Shown here: positions 9,763 to 18,490 of the stretch, piece by piece | Position numbering within the stretch: the first letter of the stretch is position 1 | Layout of the letters: each line of letters begins with the position of its first letter | IMG/VR virus record: IMGVR_UViG_3300030333_007705 | Location: 1-64,000 of that record | DNA length: 64,000 nt | Reading direction: 5' to 3' (one strand) | Source: a virus | Notes under the pieces: model-generated | Database searches by the model: none | What the model was told of the DNA's origin: nothing | The model's input: only the letters and a program-made list of their open reading frames with translations | Program-made: the position numbers and the translations under genes

Positions 9763-9943
9763 GTTCTTCCTTCTCCAGGAGTTGTTCAGCTTCTTCAGCC
9801 TCTTCGTCTTCTTTTTTCCAGATCATCTTGATAACTTCGTAAACATGCTCTTTTGGCAAAGTTTTGTAAGTTTCTCTTAAATTGCTTCTGGCTTCTTTGG
9901 ATGTGAGCTTATTCTTGGTCATCTCGACACATATTAAGCACAT
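9749..9943 (-). CDS. Small CxxC protein
   Basis: MCLIC start; stop overlaps the next start. Confidence 0.6.
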   Translation of the reverse strand: MCLICVEMTKNKLTSKEARSNLRETYKTLPKEHVYEVIKMIWKKEDEEAEEAEQLLEKEEHENH

Positions 9944-10081
9944 CTTAGCATTGTCCCGAAAGCCTGGCCAAGAGCCAAATGCCGGCGACAGTTAAAAGCA
10001 AAGGCTTCCAATTTTGCATGAGCAGTAATTTCGCATTATTTAATAAGTTCTTCATGATAATTTCTCCTTGTTGTTTGTATT

Positions 10082-10519
10082 TTATGGCCTAGGCACGATT
10101 CTTAAGGTATCAACTATGTAATCAACGAGATTTTCCAGGGCGGTAACGCGCTTTTCTAGCTCGTGCGGCAGCGTTGGCATTGTACGTTGCGGTGGTCTGC
10201 GGTCATCTCCGGGTCGTTCTGGCGGAAGGGCAGGGCCCAAGGACCGCTCTTTAATGGGAAGGGGCCCCCGCAGGTATTCGGGCTCGTCGCTTTCCAACTC
10301 TTCAACCCTTTCAAAGAGTTCTACTATTGGATCCATAAACCGATTAAGTTTCGTACTCTGAGACGGCCTATTCTCAAGGCCGCCAAGGTCGATCGCCTCC
10401 GAGAGGGCGCGGACCATTTCAGCGCGCATCTGTCCCATGTGGCGCGCCTGCTTCTCATTAAGGGTTTTTTCTAATTCTTCTTTAATAAGCTTCTTTAAGC
10501 CTGATTTTGTAATTTTCAT
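10082..10519 (-). CDS. Protein with MKITKSxLKxLIKEE leader
   Basis: MKITKSGLKKLIKEELEKTLNE. Confidence 0.7.
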   Translation of the reverse strand: MKITKSGLKKLIKEELEKTLNEKQARHMGQMRAEMVRALSEAIDLGGLENRPSQSTKLNRFMDPIVELFERVEELESDEPEYLRGPLPIKERSLGPALPPERPGDDRRPPQRTMPTLPHELEKRVTALENLVDYIVDTLRIVPRP

Positions 10520-10531
10520 ATTGAGGCCCTC

Positions 10532-10897
10532 CTACGGCCAATCCTGAGTTTCATCTGGATTCCAAGTTCTTAAGTCCCAGTTTCTATTATGCACGTCCAC
10601 AGCCATGATCTCATTCTCTGCACCAGCCTCTACCGAAACCAGACAATACGCTTTAAGTGATTTTACCTCCTCAGGGGTTTGCGGAATATCCGTATCATGC
10701 TCGTGTGCCCAACTGAAATAAGCATTTTGTGCGTCTTCTTGTGTCCACGCGTTCCCAGCGGGAGTGTCTCGCAGCTGCCCACAATCTACAAGTGTATCAC
10801 CGCCCTGGTTGTGGTGATCCATGTCAATATTCTCGTTCAAGAAATACCTTGGATCTCTCCGCTTACCTTTATTTTTAATTGGTTTTCCGTATCTCAT
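10532..10897 (-). CDS. Hypothetical protein with basic leader ending YFLNE
   Basis: 121 aa ORF, coupled to upstream gene. Confidence 0.6.
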   Translation of the reverse strand: MRYGKPIKNKGKRRDPRYFLNENIDMDHHNQGGDTLVDCGQLRDTPAGNAWTQEDAQNAYFSWAHEHDTDIPQTPEEVKSLKAYCLVSVEAGAENEIMAVDVHNRNWDLRTWNPDETQDWP

Positions 10898-11091
10898 TAT
10901 TTACTCCTAAAACAGCTCAAGCCCCCAGGAAACATGCCTTTCCAGGTGACTGCTCGTTCGGCTGTGTTTTTTTGTTTTTCTAAAGTAACCACCTTTTCTT
11001 CTAGCTCAGCAACTTTTGCTTCCAAAGCTCTTTTCTCTTGTTTAAGCTTTGCAATAATGTTTATTTTTTGCATGATACCGAACTGTTCCAC
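10897..11091 (-). CDS. Small coiled-coil protein
   Basis: Heptad-rich ORF; late-type motif ACTATATA upstream. Confidence 0.5.
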   Translation of the reverse strand: MEQFGIMQKINIIAKLKQEKRALEAKVAELEEKVVTLEKQKNTAERAVTWKGMFPGGLSCFRSK

Positions 11092-11285
11092 AGGTGCATC
11101 CTTTTGTTGTCAGACACTAATATATAGTTTAATTTTAACTATAAGTTCCTATATTGTTAACAGGAGGTTGACATGATTATCTTTACGACGGTGGTAATCG
11201 CCGGAGTGTTGCTAACAAGCCTGACGTGCAGGCTTTTGCTATCTGCACTCATTAATAATTGCATGCCCGCGCCCAAGGAGGCGAA

Positions 11286-11924
11286 ATGAAGAGGTTGATT
11301 GTTGGAGTGACGCTCGCCACAGTCATGCTCATGACCATATGTGGCACGCGCGCAAGCGCGGAAAAAAATTTCCAAACAGGGGACATTATCTTTCAAACCA
11401 CACGAGGCAGATTGGCCACAGTGGTAGCGACAGCGACCCTTTCGAAGTATACACACGTTGGCATGGTTATCGTCAAGAAAGGAAAACCTTACGTAATCGA
11501 AGCCAGGAATCGGGGTGTAAAGATGCGACCATTGCACAAATTCACCGAAGCGGGCTTCGGAAAAAATTTTTCTGTTTTAAGGATCAACTATGGCCTTAGT
11601 GAAGAAGAAAAACGTAAGCTAGCCAATGAAGCCCGTAGCCATTTAGGCAAAAAATATGATAGCAAGTTTCGTTGGGACGATAAAAAGCTTTACTGTTCAG
11701 AGTTGGTGTACAAATCTTACATGAATGCTTTGGGCCTTGAATTGAATACAACCGAGAAATTAGGTGATTTCTATTCTTCTTGGAACCCTATTATCAATGC
11801 TTATGTCGAGAGAAAATATGGAAACAGCAAAAAGCTTCCCTTTGAAGAAGAGGCGATCACTCCCATACGTCTATACAAAAGCGATAAGCTTAAGCTAATT
11901 CACAGCACTTATCTAGTGCCTTAG
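11286..11924 (+). CDS. Secreted YiiX/YebB-like permuted papain-fold (NlpC/P60) amidase
   Basis: Signal peptide; GDIIFQT, YTHVGMV, VIEA, LYCSELVYKSY; SD AAGGAGG. Confidence 0.85.
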   Translation: MKRLIVGVTLATVMLMTICGTRASAEKNFQTGDIIFQTTRGRLATVVATATLSKYTHVGMVIVKKGKPYVIEARNRGVKMRPLHKFTEAGFGKNFSVLRINYGLSEEEKRKLANEARSHLGKKYDSKFRWDDKKLYCSELVYKSYMNALGLELNTTEKLGDFYSSWNPIINAYVERKYGNSKKLPFEEEAITPIRLYKSDKLKLIHSTYLVP

Positions 11925-12742
11925 ACGTTTACGATTTCCTCGTCTTTGTCATCGATAGCATAGTCGATAATAGAATCAGGTTTGGCAAGGAATGCCTTTC
12001 TCATGGAAAGGCCGCTTCCTTCGCCACCTCCGGCACTCAAAACCTCGGCCACAAACGTCGCGCAATTTTCCCCGCCTGCGGCGGGGCCTAAAAAGTTGTA
12101 CGGTTTCATTCGGCCCGTTTTTGAGTTAGCATAGGCGAAAGCGCGTTCGGCGTTAATTCCTCGAACCAAAGCAACCTTCATTTGGCTTTGCCCTGAGTAG
12201 TTTTTAAACTTTCTGTATGCTTTGACGTTAGCTAGGTACTCATCCTGGTTTTTTAAGCTACCATCATAATCCCATATAGCCCTGCCTTTCATTCTCCAAG
12301 GCCCGCGCACGAGGCCGCCACCCTCTTTTAGGTTCGCTTTCGTCTCAGGTTCCTTACCTGTGATCCCTACAGACTGGGCCCCATACAGATACTTGCCAAA
12401 ATCGAAGTAACGTCCTACACCTTTCTTGTCAATTATTACAATCCCAGCGTGCCCCAGGGGGAAGCCCAGTTTATCTGGGATGATCCCTTTCTCACGCGCT
12501 TTGTTGTATATATCCGACTTGGTTGTTTTTGGCATGTTGAACTCGTATTCTGGCCAGGCAATGGCTAGCGCGTTTACCCTCCGCATGTTTGGGTTCTCGA
12601 TTGCCGCTTCCCTAGCTCTCGCCGCATCGGCTTCTGGGTCCTCATCTTTAAACCCAAACGGATCTAGCCACGATCGTTCGCTTAATACGGCCTTGGTCTC
12701 TTCTAATATGATCTGTCTTAGCAAATCTTGACTAATCTTCAT
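11921..12742 (-). CDS. Permuted papain-like peptidase with MKIS-type leader
   Basis: GHAGIVII ... YNFL...ENCATFV (His before Cys); MKISQDLLRQIILEE; CTATTTA upstream. Confidence 0.65.
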   Translation of the reverse strand: MKISQDLLRQIILEETKAVLSERSWLDPFGFKDEDPEADAARAREAAIENPNMRRVNALAIAWPEYEFNMPKTTKSDIYNKAREKGIIPDKLGFPLGHAGIVIIDKKGVGRYFDFGKYLYGAQSVGITGKEPETKANLKEGGGLVRGPWRMKGRAIWDYDGSLKNQDEYLANVKAYRKFKNYSGQSQMKVALVRGINAERAFAYANSKTGRMKPYNFLGPAAGGENCATFVAEVLSAGGGEGSGLSMRKAFLAKPDSIIDYAIDDKDEEIVNV

Positions 12743-13228
12743 GCTTGTAAATAGTTTATACTCTCGCAAATGTTCTTATATTGTTAGTGTGATTATGCAG
12801 TCCTCACCTTACCCTTCCCTAGGGGCCATGTTAACTAACTACAGGAAATCATTATGTTCTGAAAAACTCAAATCTGAAAATTTACCCGCGCAGCGTAAAC
12901 GTATATAGCCCGCATTTGAGCACCCTTTTATTTACAGGGACTTACATTCGGGGATTCTCTATCCCCCCTCCCCCTACCCCCTTGAAATCAAACAGTTTTT
13001 TTGTCAAGAAAATAGTAGATTATTTTGCGCTCAAATGTAACTTAATGTGTGTAAAATATACACACTCTAAGCTGCCAGAATCACTAGGGTTATCTGTCAA
13101 GAGGAAAGATTCACCACTTGTAACTTTGGCTATGCAATACTTGCGGAGTGTGAGTGTGCATATTCGCTACACTCTAACCTCGCGTGATTACTGCACAATA
13201 CGAGTTTAACATATTGAGCAGGTTTTGT

Positions 13229-13456
13229 TCAGGTCGGGGTGTCACTTTTGTCACTCTCCTTAGTGCCATTGACAATATGTGGCCAGCCATCAACGAAGCT
13301 GATCTCTATCTGACCAAGGATATATTTGTCTAAGGCATCGCTCAAAACCGTAGCAATATCAAGGCGATTGGCCTTGGCAAACTCATCTACGAGCCTGTGC
13401 ATCTTGTATTCCGTGAAGTCGATTACGTTGTCATTTTCAATATGCTCCTCTGTCAT
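13229..13456 (-). CDS. Hypothetical protein
   Basis: ORF directly after early-type promoter 13463-13490. Confidence 0.6.
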   Translation of the reverse strand: MTEEHIENDNVIDFTEYKMHRLVDEFAKANRLDIATVLSDALDKYILGQIEISFVDGWPHIVNGTKESDKSDTPT

Positions 13457-13604
13457 ATACACAATATAGGAACCGTCGAAGTAAAGTCTATACTTTGAAC
13501 AGGTAGTGCCTAGACTATATTGTGTGTATTATTTCTACACACTTTGTCACCGCTTCTCGTTGGTGGGTAGGCACCCTGCATCCTGTGGACTGTGCATAGC
13601 CTTA

Positions 13605-13620
13605 TGCAAAATACGTGCCA
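13605..13620 (-). promoter_or_regulatory. sigma54 (-24/-12) promoter
   Basis: Minus strand TGGCACG-TATT-TTGCA is an exact match to TGGCACG-N4-TTGCW and is intergenic. Confidence 0.7.
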
Positions 13621-13645
13621 GGTTGCTGACTTCTACCCAGAAAAC

Positions 13646-13837
13646 TTAGAAGGGTATGTCGTCATCCTCGAAGGGGACTGGAACCATCCATGATGGGATA
13701 CCTCTCTGTAGTAGGCTCTCCATCTGCTTAAAGGCCATTCGTGGGCCTCTTATGGAACCTTTCTTTTGTTTACCATCCTCGATCCAATGGACGCGGTAGA
13801 GGGTCGTCCAGGTGTCTTCTGGGCGTTGACCAAACAT
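13646..13837 (-). CDS. Small hypothetical early protein
   Basis: 63 aa, ends DDDIPF; weak similarity to the adjacent ORF (L..G.P.W). Confidence 0.6.
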   Translation of the reverse strand: MFGQRPEDTWTTLYRVHWIEDGKQKKGSIRGPRMAFKQMESLLQRGIPSWMVPVPFEDDDIPF

Positions 13838-14091
13838 TAGTTTAGTTCCCTCGGCTTCTCTGCGAGGTGCAGGTGTCGTCCTTGGTCATCCTCGACCCAG
13901 ACAGGCCAGCCGGTGGCGAGCCATTGTCGTGCAGTGATCTCGACTTGCTGAAGGTTGGGCGTATCATAGCGCTGGACCCCTCCAGAACCGTCAGGAACGC
14001 ACAGATACCACGTTGTCGCGACTTCCTCTGCCTTTTGGGGTGCAGGGCCTAGAAGGGCGCTTACGAGGGCGCTGAGAGTGTCTCTACTCAT
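13837..14091 (-). CDS. Small hypothetical early protein
   Basis: 84 aa, translationally coupled. Confidence 0.6.
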   Translation of the reverse strand: MSRDTLSALVSALLGPAPQKAEEVATTWYLCVPDGSGGVQRYDTPNLQQVEITARQWLATGWPVWVEDDQGRHLHLAEKPRELN

Positions 14092-14326
14092 TTTCTTTTG
14101 TCTCCTCGACCATGAAGTTCAGGTCGTCTGTCTGGCGTATCCATCGCCAGTGTTTGTCAGGGTCGCTCAGGGCTCTGAGCAGTGCAATCGGTGTGCCCTC
14201 TGGGTGGACACTGTGGCGTCTCGCTACCTTTAGCTCTGTGACCCTCCACAGGGCTCCTTGTTCCCTCACACGGTTCTTCCCGTGCTTGGTCTTGCCTGTG
14301 AGGGTCAGGATGTCTCCTACGTCCAT
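14084..14326 (-). CDS. Small SH3/KOW-like protein
   Basis: MDVGDILTL start. Confidence 0.6.
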   Translation of the reverse strand: MDVGDILTLTGKTKHGKNRVREQGALWRVTELKVARRHSVHPEGTPIALLRALSDPDKHWRWIRQTDDLNFMVEETKENE

Positions 14327-14348
14327 TTTCTTTGTACCCTCGGCCATC

Positions 14349-15182
14349 TTAGAAGGAGGCGCGGAGCATGGCCTTGACGCCATCGGCTCCGAACGAGCGG
14401 GTGAAGTGGTCAGCGAGCTTCACGCGAAGCTGCTTCTCAATCTGACCAACGCGCTGCTTGGTCACGCCAAAGGACTTGGCGCAGCGCTGCTCCTCACCGA
14501 GCAGGTCGTTGATGATGCGACCGCGCAGGATGGCTGCGTGGTTGGGCTTGAGGCCCTCGACAAAGGACGCCAGAGCGCGGGCGATAGCCTCGCTGTTCTG
14601 GGTGCGCTCCATGCGCGTATCCTGGCGAAGCTGCCCGTCAGGGATAATGGTTGCGACGGTGCCACCGTCAGCGGTGAGCGGCTTGTCGAGCGACACTCCA
14701 CGGGAAGCCATCGAGGCGAGACACTCGCGCACGTCATCGGCGTCGAGGTCGAGGTGGGCAGCAATCTGCTCTGGGGTCGCGTCAGCGCCGATGGTCTTCT
14801 GAGCCTTCTGGAGCGAGGACCAGAGCTTCTTGGCAGTGCGGGAGCCGCAGTGCAGCGTACCGGCGTTGGCCTGGACGTGCTCCTGGCACTTGGCAGTCAT
14901 CCACATGCGAGCGTAGGTCGTGAAGGACGCCTGCTTGGTGGCGTCGAACTTGCCAGCGGCGATGATGATGCCCTCGGTCGCACAGGCGAGGAGGTCGTTG
15001 AAGTCAACGCCACGTCGGACGTGCTTCTTGGCGACCTTGTGGGCGAGGCGAATGTTGGCACCGATGAGGCGCTCAAGGGACTTCTCGTCGCCCGTGGACT
15101 GGTAGTCGGCGCAGAGGTCAATCTGCTCGGACTTGCTGAGGATGATGCAGGTGGCGGCGATGGTCGTAAGAAGGTTCGTCAT
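14349..15182 (-). CDS. Phage-encoded sigma70-family (RpoH/sigma32-like) RNA polymerase sigma factor
   Basis: ERLIGANIRLAHKVAKK, DLL...EGIIIAAGKFD..SFTTYARMW (region 2), SLDKPL (region 3), FGVTKQRVGQIEK (region 4); TAKKLWSSL resembles the RpoH box. Confidence 0.9.
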   Translation of the reverse strand: MTNLLTTIAATCIILSKSEQIDLCADYQSTGDEKSLERLIGANIRLAHKVAKKHVRRGVDFNDLLACATEGIIIAAGKFDATKQASFTTYARMWMTAKCQEHVQANAGTLHCGSRTAKKLWSSLQKAQKTIGADATPEQIAAHLDLDADDVRECLASMASRGVSLDKPLTADGGTVATIIPDGQLRQDTRMERTQNSEAIARALASFVEGLKPNHAAILRGRIINDLLGEEQRCAKSFGVTKQRVGQIEKQLRVKLADHFTRSFGADGVKAMLRASF

Positions 15183-15223
15183 GTTGGGTTCTCCAGGGTT
15201 GTTGACGTTGTGCCTATATATAT

Positions 15224-15239
15224 TGCAGGTTCCGTGCCA
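15224..15239 (-). promoter_or_regulatory. sigma54 (-24/-12) promoter of the sigma-factor gene
   Basis: Minus strand TGGCACG-GAAC-CTGCA (GG-N10-GC), about 40 nt upstream of ATG 15182. Confidence 0.7.
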
Positions 15240-15332
15240 ACTTTGGCTTTTCAGCCATTTTTTTTACTTATTGAATGATTCCAGGGGGTTGCAGTCTTCT
15301 CTCTCTCGCCACTCTGGCCAGGAGAGCCTCAA

Positions 15333-15397
15333 GTGCGTACTTGGTTACGCACTTTTGTGTATCTCGTTACACACTAAGTGCGTACTTTTTGACACAC
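15333..15397. promoter_or_regulatory. Three tandem palindromic boxes GTGYGTA-N6-TACRCAC (candidate enhancer/UAS)
   Basis: 15333-15352, 15355-15374, 15378-15397; 22-23 bp periodicity. Confidence 0.65.
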
Positions 15398-15595
15398 CTG
15401 TGCTCGTCGGGCCTTCCGGGCCTTCCGGGCGCAACCCTTGCAGGTGGCGAGGACAGGAGCCCAGTAGCCCACCGCAGACTGTGCCCAATGGACGTTCAGC
15501 TTCCGTCGCTGGCCAGGGGTCACGCAGTAGTCGTCAGCGTCACAGACGCCAATCTCGACGCGCTCAGAGGGATGGATGGGTGCTTGGTTCGTCAT
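15374..15595 (-). CDS. Small Cys-containing early protein
   Basis: GGAGACGACATG start; CxxC; own promoter at 15624-15651. Confidence 0.55.
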   Translation of the reverse strand: MTNQAPIHPSERVEIGVCDADDYCVTPGQRRKLNVHWAQSAVGYWAPVLATCKGCARKARKARRAQVCQKVRT

Positions 15596-15656
15596 GTCGT
15601 CTCCGTGTCTCTCGTACACCTATAAAGTAAGAACCAGAATCGGCCAGACAAGGGGG

Positions 15657-15902
15657 TCATGTCGTTTTTTTGAAAGATTCTTCATCTTTCTTATAACCCT
15701 TTGAAATCACTATGATTTTTGATGCTGGATACCATCTGTCGTACCCATCGGGTAGATAGAGGCTCTCAGGCGGCTGCAACCACCTGACGCGATACCAGCC
15801 ACCCTTATCGACGTTCAGCACCAGCGCTGGCCCTCGTGGTTCATCCGAGAAGGGAGCCCGCAAGCGAACGAGGTCGCCAACTTCAGGCACCGACTCAGCC
15901 AT
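15657..15902 (-). CDS. Small SH3/KOW-like protein
   Basis: EVGDLVRL...YRVRW...IIVIS. Confidence 0.65.
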   Translation of the reverse strand: MAESVPEVGDLVRLRAPFSDEPRGPALVLNVDKGGWYRVRWLQPPESLYLPDGYDRWYPASKIIVISKGYKKDEESFKKTT

Positions 15903-16194
15903 TGATGGCTCTCTGGCGCTTCAGCCAGAGCAGAGCGCGGGACTCAGCAGAGCCGCCCTCGAAGACAGTCGCGCCGCAGAGCGGTCGCTCTTGAGCGTCA
16001 AAATGTCCGCAGATAAAACGGTCGTTGGACCGAGCGATGGCAACCTGTGTGCCGTCACCGAGCCATGCACGACGGAACATTGTGTGCGGCATGTTCCGCG
16101 CAGGGATTCGCACCTGACCGATACGGGGCTTGCCCTCGTTTCGCGCTGCTCGCTTGTGGTCGCCTCGGACTGAAATCTTCTGATTCTTACGCAT
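15895..16194 (-). CDS. Hypothetical early protein
   Basis: AGGAGACGACATG start; promoter at 16223-16250. Confidence 0.6.
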   Translation of the reverse strand: MRKNQKISVRGDHKRAARNEGKPRIGQVRIPARNMPHTMFRRAWLGDGTQVAIARSNDRFICGHFDAQERPLCGATVFEGGSAESRALLWLKRQRAING

Positions 16195-16455
16195 GTCGTC
16201 TCCTTGTCTCTTCGACACCTATACAGTAGGCACGGATTCTCGTGGGTAAAGGGGCGCGAGCAAAAAACTATGCACGCACGAGCAAAAAACTTTCAACCCT
16301 TTGGAATGATTAGGGTTATTGTACCCTCGCGAGAGCCATAAGCCTCGCGGGTCTTGTTCTTCTCGATGGTCGCCGCCACGTCCTCGATGGACCAGCAGCC
16401 AATGCGGGACTGGAATCGCTCCCACTCGCTTGGCTTGTGGAAGATGATTTCCACT

Positions 16456-16680
16456 TTAATCTCCGCAACTTGGGGGGTGTGACCAGTTCGCATACTGCCA
16501 GTCAGAGATGATGCGGGCCTTGCAAAGCTGGTCTGTCCAGTTGTTCCAAGCCTCGGAGCGGGCTGGGATGTCGGGCTCGCCGTCCTGCTCGTGGATATAC
16601 TTAATCAGGGGCATCATCTCTTCTTCAAAGACGCGCACGGCATCTGCGTGCAGCATCACTTTTGGAATGTCTCTCGCCAT
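16456..16680 (-). CDS. Small hypothetical early protein
   Basis: SD GAGGAG; ...AWNNWTDQLCK..ISDWQYANW. Confidence 0.65.
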   Translation of the reverse strand: MARDIPKVMLHADAVRVFEEEMMPLIKYIHEQDGEPDIPARSEAWNNWTDQLCKARIISDWQYANWSHPPSCGD

Positions 16681-16819
16681 TATAGCTCCTCTACTGTGAC
16701 TCTTGCCGTCTCTAACAGGACGTGCCAAGAATCGACTGTGAACTCGATTATCTCCACTCCCCAGAGCGCACACACAGCGATGAGCGCGGCTGCGAGGAGG
16801 AGTCTCCCGATTGTAATCA

Positions 16820-17014
16820 CTAGAACTTGACCTCGACTGAGCCCACGGTCGCGTAGCTATTGCACGCACCGACGAACTTGCTGATGTCGAAGCGCGGGTT
16901 CACGTTCTTCAGCTTGACTGCGAAGTTCATCGCGACCGTGTGACGGGTCTTGCTGTCTTCGATGGTCTTAACAACGTCTGCAATCATTTGGAAATCTTTG
17001 CGGGTCATGTCCAC
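16820..17014 (-). CDS. Small hypothetical early protein
   Basis: MTRKDFQMIAD...NPRFD..KF..AC; promoter at 17035-17062. Confidence 0.7.
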   Translation of the reverse strand: MDMTRKDFQMIADVVKTIEDSKTRHTVAMNFAVKLKNVNPRFDISKFVGACNSYATVGSVEVKF

Positions 17015-17197
17015 TCCTTTGTTGGGACACTTGTAATGTAGGTACGCTCTCGCGCAGGTAAACAGGCACGAGTAAAAAACTTACAAGTGCCTGGAATCTC
17101 TAGTCTTTATCTGAGATGTATTTCATTGTCACGAAGGCAGCTAGCCCCATGAGGGCATACAGGCCCAAGGCTTTGATAATCATCATGGTCCAGTCCA

Positions 17198-18490
17198 TCA
17201 CTCGTCGATTCCGATGATGCGCTCTGAGGTTGCGAAGTATGGTCGCTTGGCGTGGTACGTCGTGGTCATCCACATGCGCTGGCACTTACTGGCCTTGGGC
17301 TTGGGGGCCTCCATGTCCGTCAGGACGATATGACCATCGAAGTTGCGCTGGTTGACGTACTCAGTGGGCGGGTTGAAGTTCGTTCCACCGTACATGTATC
17401 GCTTCTGTGGGTGGCTCTGGCCCTTCTTCCAGACGAACACCTTGTCCTCTGCGACCTGTGTGTCGAAGGGGATGACAGTGAACGTGGCAAGGCCCGCCAA
17501 CTTGTTGAGTTCAGCGTAGAAGGCAGCGAGCATGGAGTCGGACACCGAGCCAGACTGGTCGATGCTGACCGCGATGTTAGCAGTGCGGTTGACCTTGCGA
17601 CCGGGGTGGACGTAGGCGTAGCGACGGTTCAGACGCTTGGGCGTGCTGCGCTTGTTGGCACGCTGCGAGGTCTTGACGAAGTAGCGAAGCACCTTGCGCC
17701 AGTCAACCTTCGAGGTCAGGCGCTCCAGAATCTCACGCTTGCAGGAGGCACCAACGGAGCCCCAGCCCTTGCTAGTGGCCTCGCCTGCTGCATCCTTCAT
17801 AGCTTCCTTCAGTCGCTCCTTGGCAATATCCATCGCTTCCTGCGAGGCTGCGTTGGCCTCGCCCTGTCCCCACTCGTCATGCGAGTCGAACTGGCCTGCG
17901 GCGTCAGGGTCGAATGGTTGGTTGCTGGGAGAGCCAGAGCCGCCGCCCTGACCGTCGCCGTCCTCGTCACCGGGCTCACCTTGCCCACCTTCCTGCTGCT
18001 CCTCGACCTTCTGGATGAGCTTGTCGTAGTACCACTCAGCGGTCTTGTCACCGGGCATGTCCTCGAACATGGGACCACCAGGGATGCAGCACTTCTCAGG
18101 CAGGTTGTCTGCGCCGATATGATAGTTGATGGAGAGGTCCGCTGCGATGTTCCACAGCTTGAACTTCTGCGCCTCCTCTGGAGAGGGCTTGCCGCTGGTC
18201 ATAACGCCAGCGAGTTCGTCAGGCAGGCGGCCAGTGACGTGCTCGAAGACGAGGTGGTAGAACTCGTGGACCAGAACGCCAGTGCGCTGCTTGTCAGTGA
18301 GCGGCTCGAAGAAGTCTGGATTGTAGACCATCTCGAAGTAACCATCCTCGTTGACTCGCACACCAGCGGTCGGGATGGACTTGTTCATCTTCTTCTCGAT
18401 GCGGCGCGACAGCGCGGCGAAGAAGGGCTCCGACTGAAGCAGTCGGTAAACATGGTCATTGAGGTTGAAGTCGGACATTATGTCCTCCAT
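17198..18490 (-). CDS. DUF2201-type metallopeptidase (HEXXH) plus VWA domain protein, MoxR partner
   Basis: VLVHEFYH, WNIAADLSIN, IDQSGSV, GGTNF, VLTD. Confidence 0.85.
   Translation of the reverse strand: MEDIMSDFNLNDHVYRLLQSEPFFAALSRRIEKKMNKSIPTAGVRVNEDGYFEMVYNPDFFEPLTDKQRTGVLVHEFYHLVFEHVTGRLPDELAGVMTSGKPSPEEAQKFKLWNIAADLSINYHIGADNLPEKCCIPGGPMFEDMPGDKTAEWYYDKLIQKVEEQQEGGQGEPGDEDGDGQGGGSGSPSNQPFDPDAAGQFDSHDEWGQGEANAASQEAMDIAKERLKEAMKDAAGEATSKGWGSVGASCKREILERLTSKVDWRKVLRYFVKTSQRANKRSTPKRLNRRYAYVHPGRKVNRTANIAVSIDQSGSVSDSMLAAFYAELNKLAGLATFTVIPFDTQVAEDKVFVWKKGQSHPQKRYMYGGTNFNPPTEYVNQRNFDGHIVLTDMEAPKPKASKCQRMWMTTTYHAKRPYFATSERIIGIDE

Noticed and set aside
16711-16728. Third sigma54 promoter TTGGCACGTCCTGTTAG
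   Set aside because: It has a good -24 box but no GC at -12.
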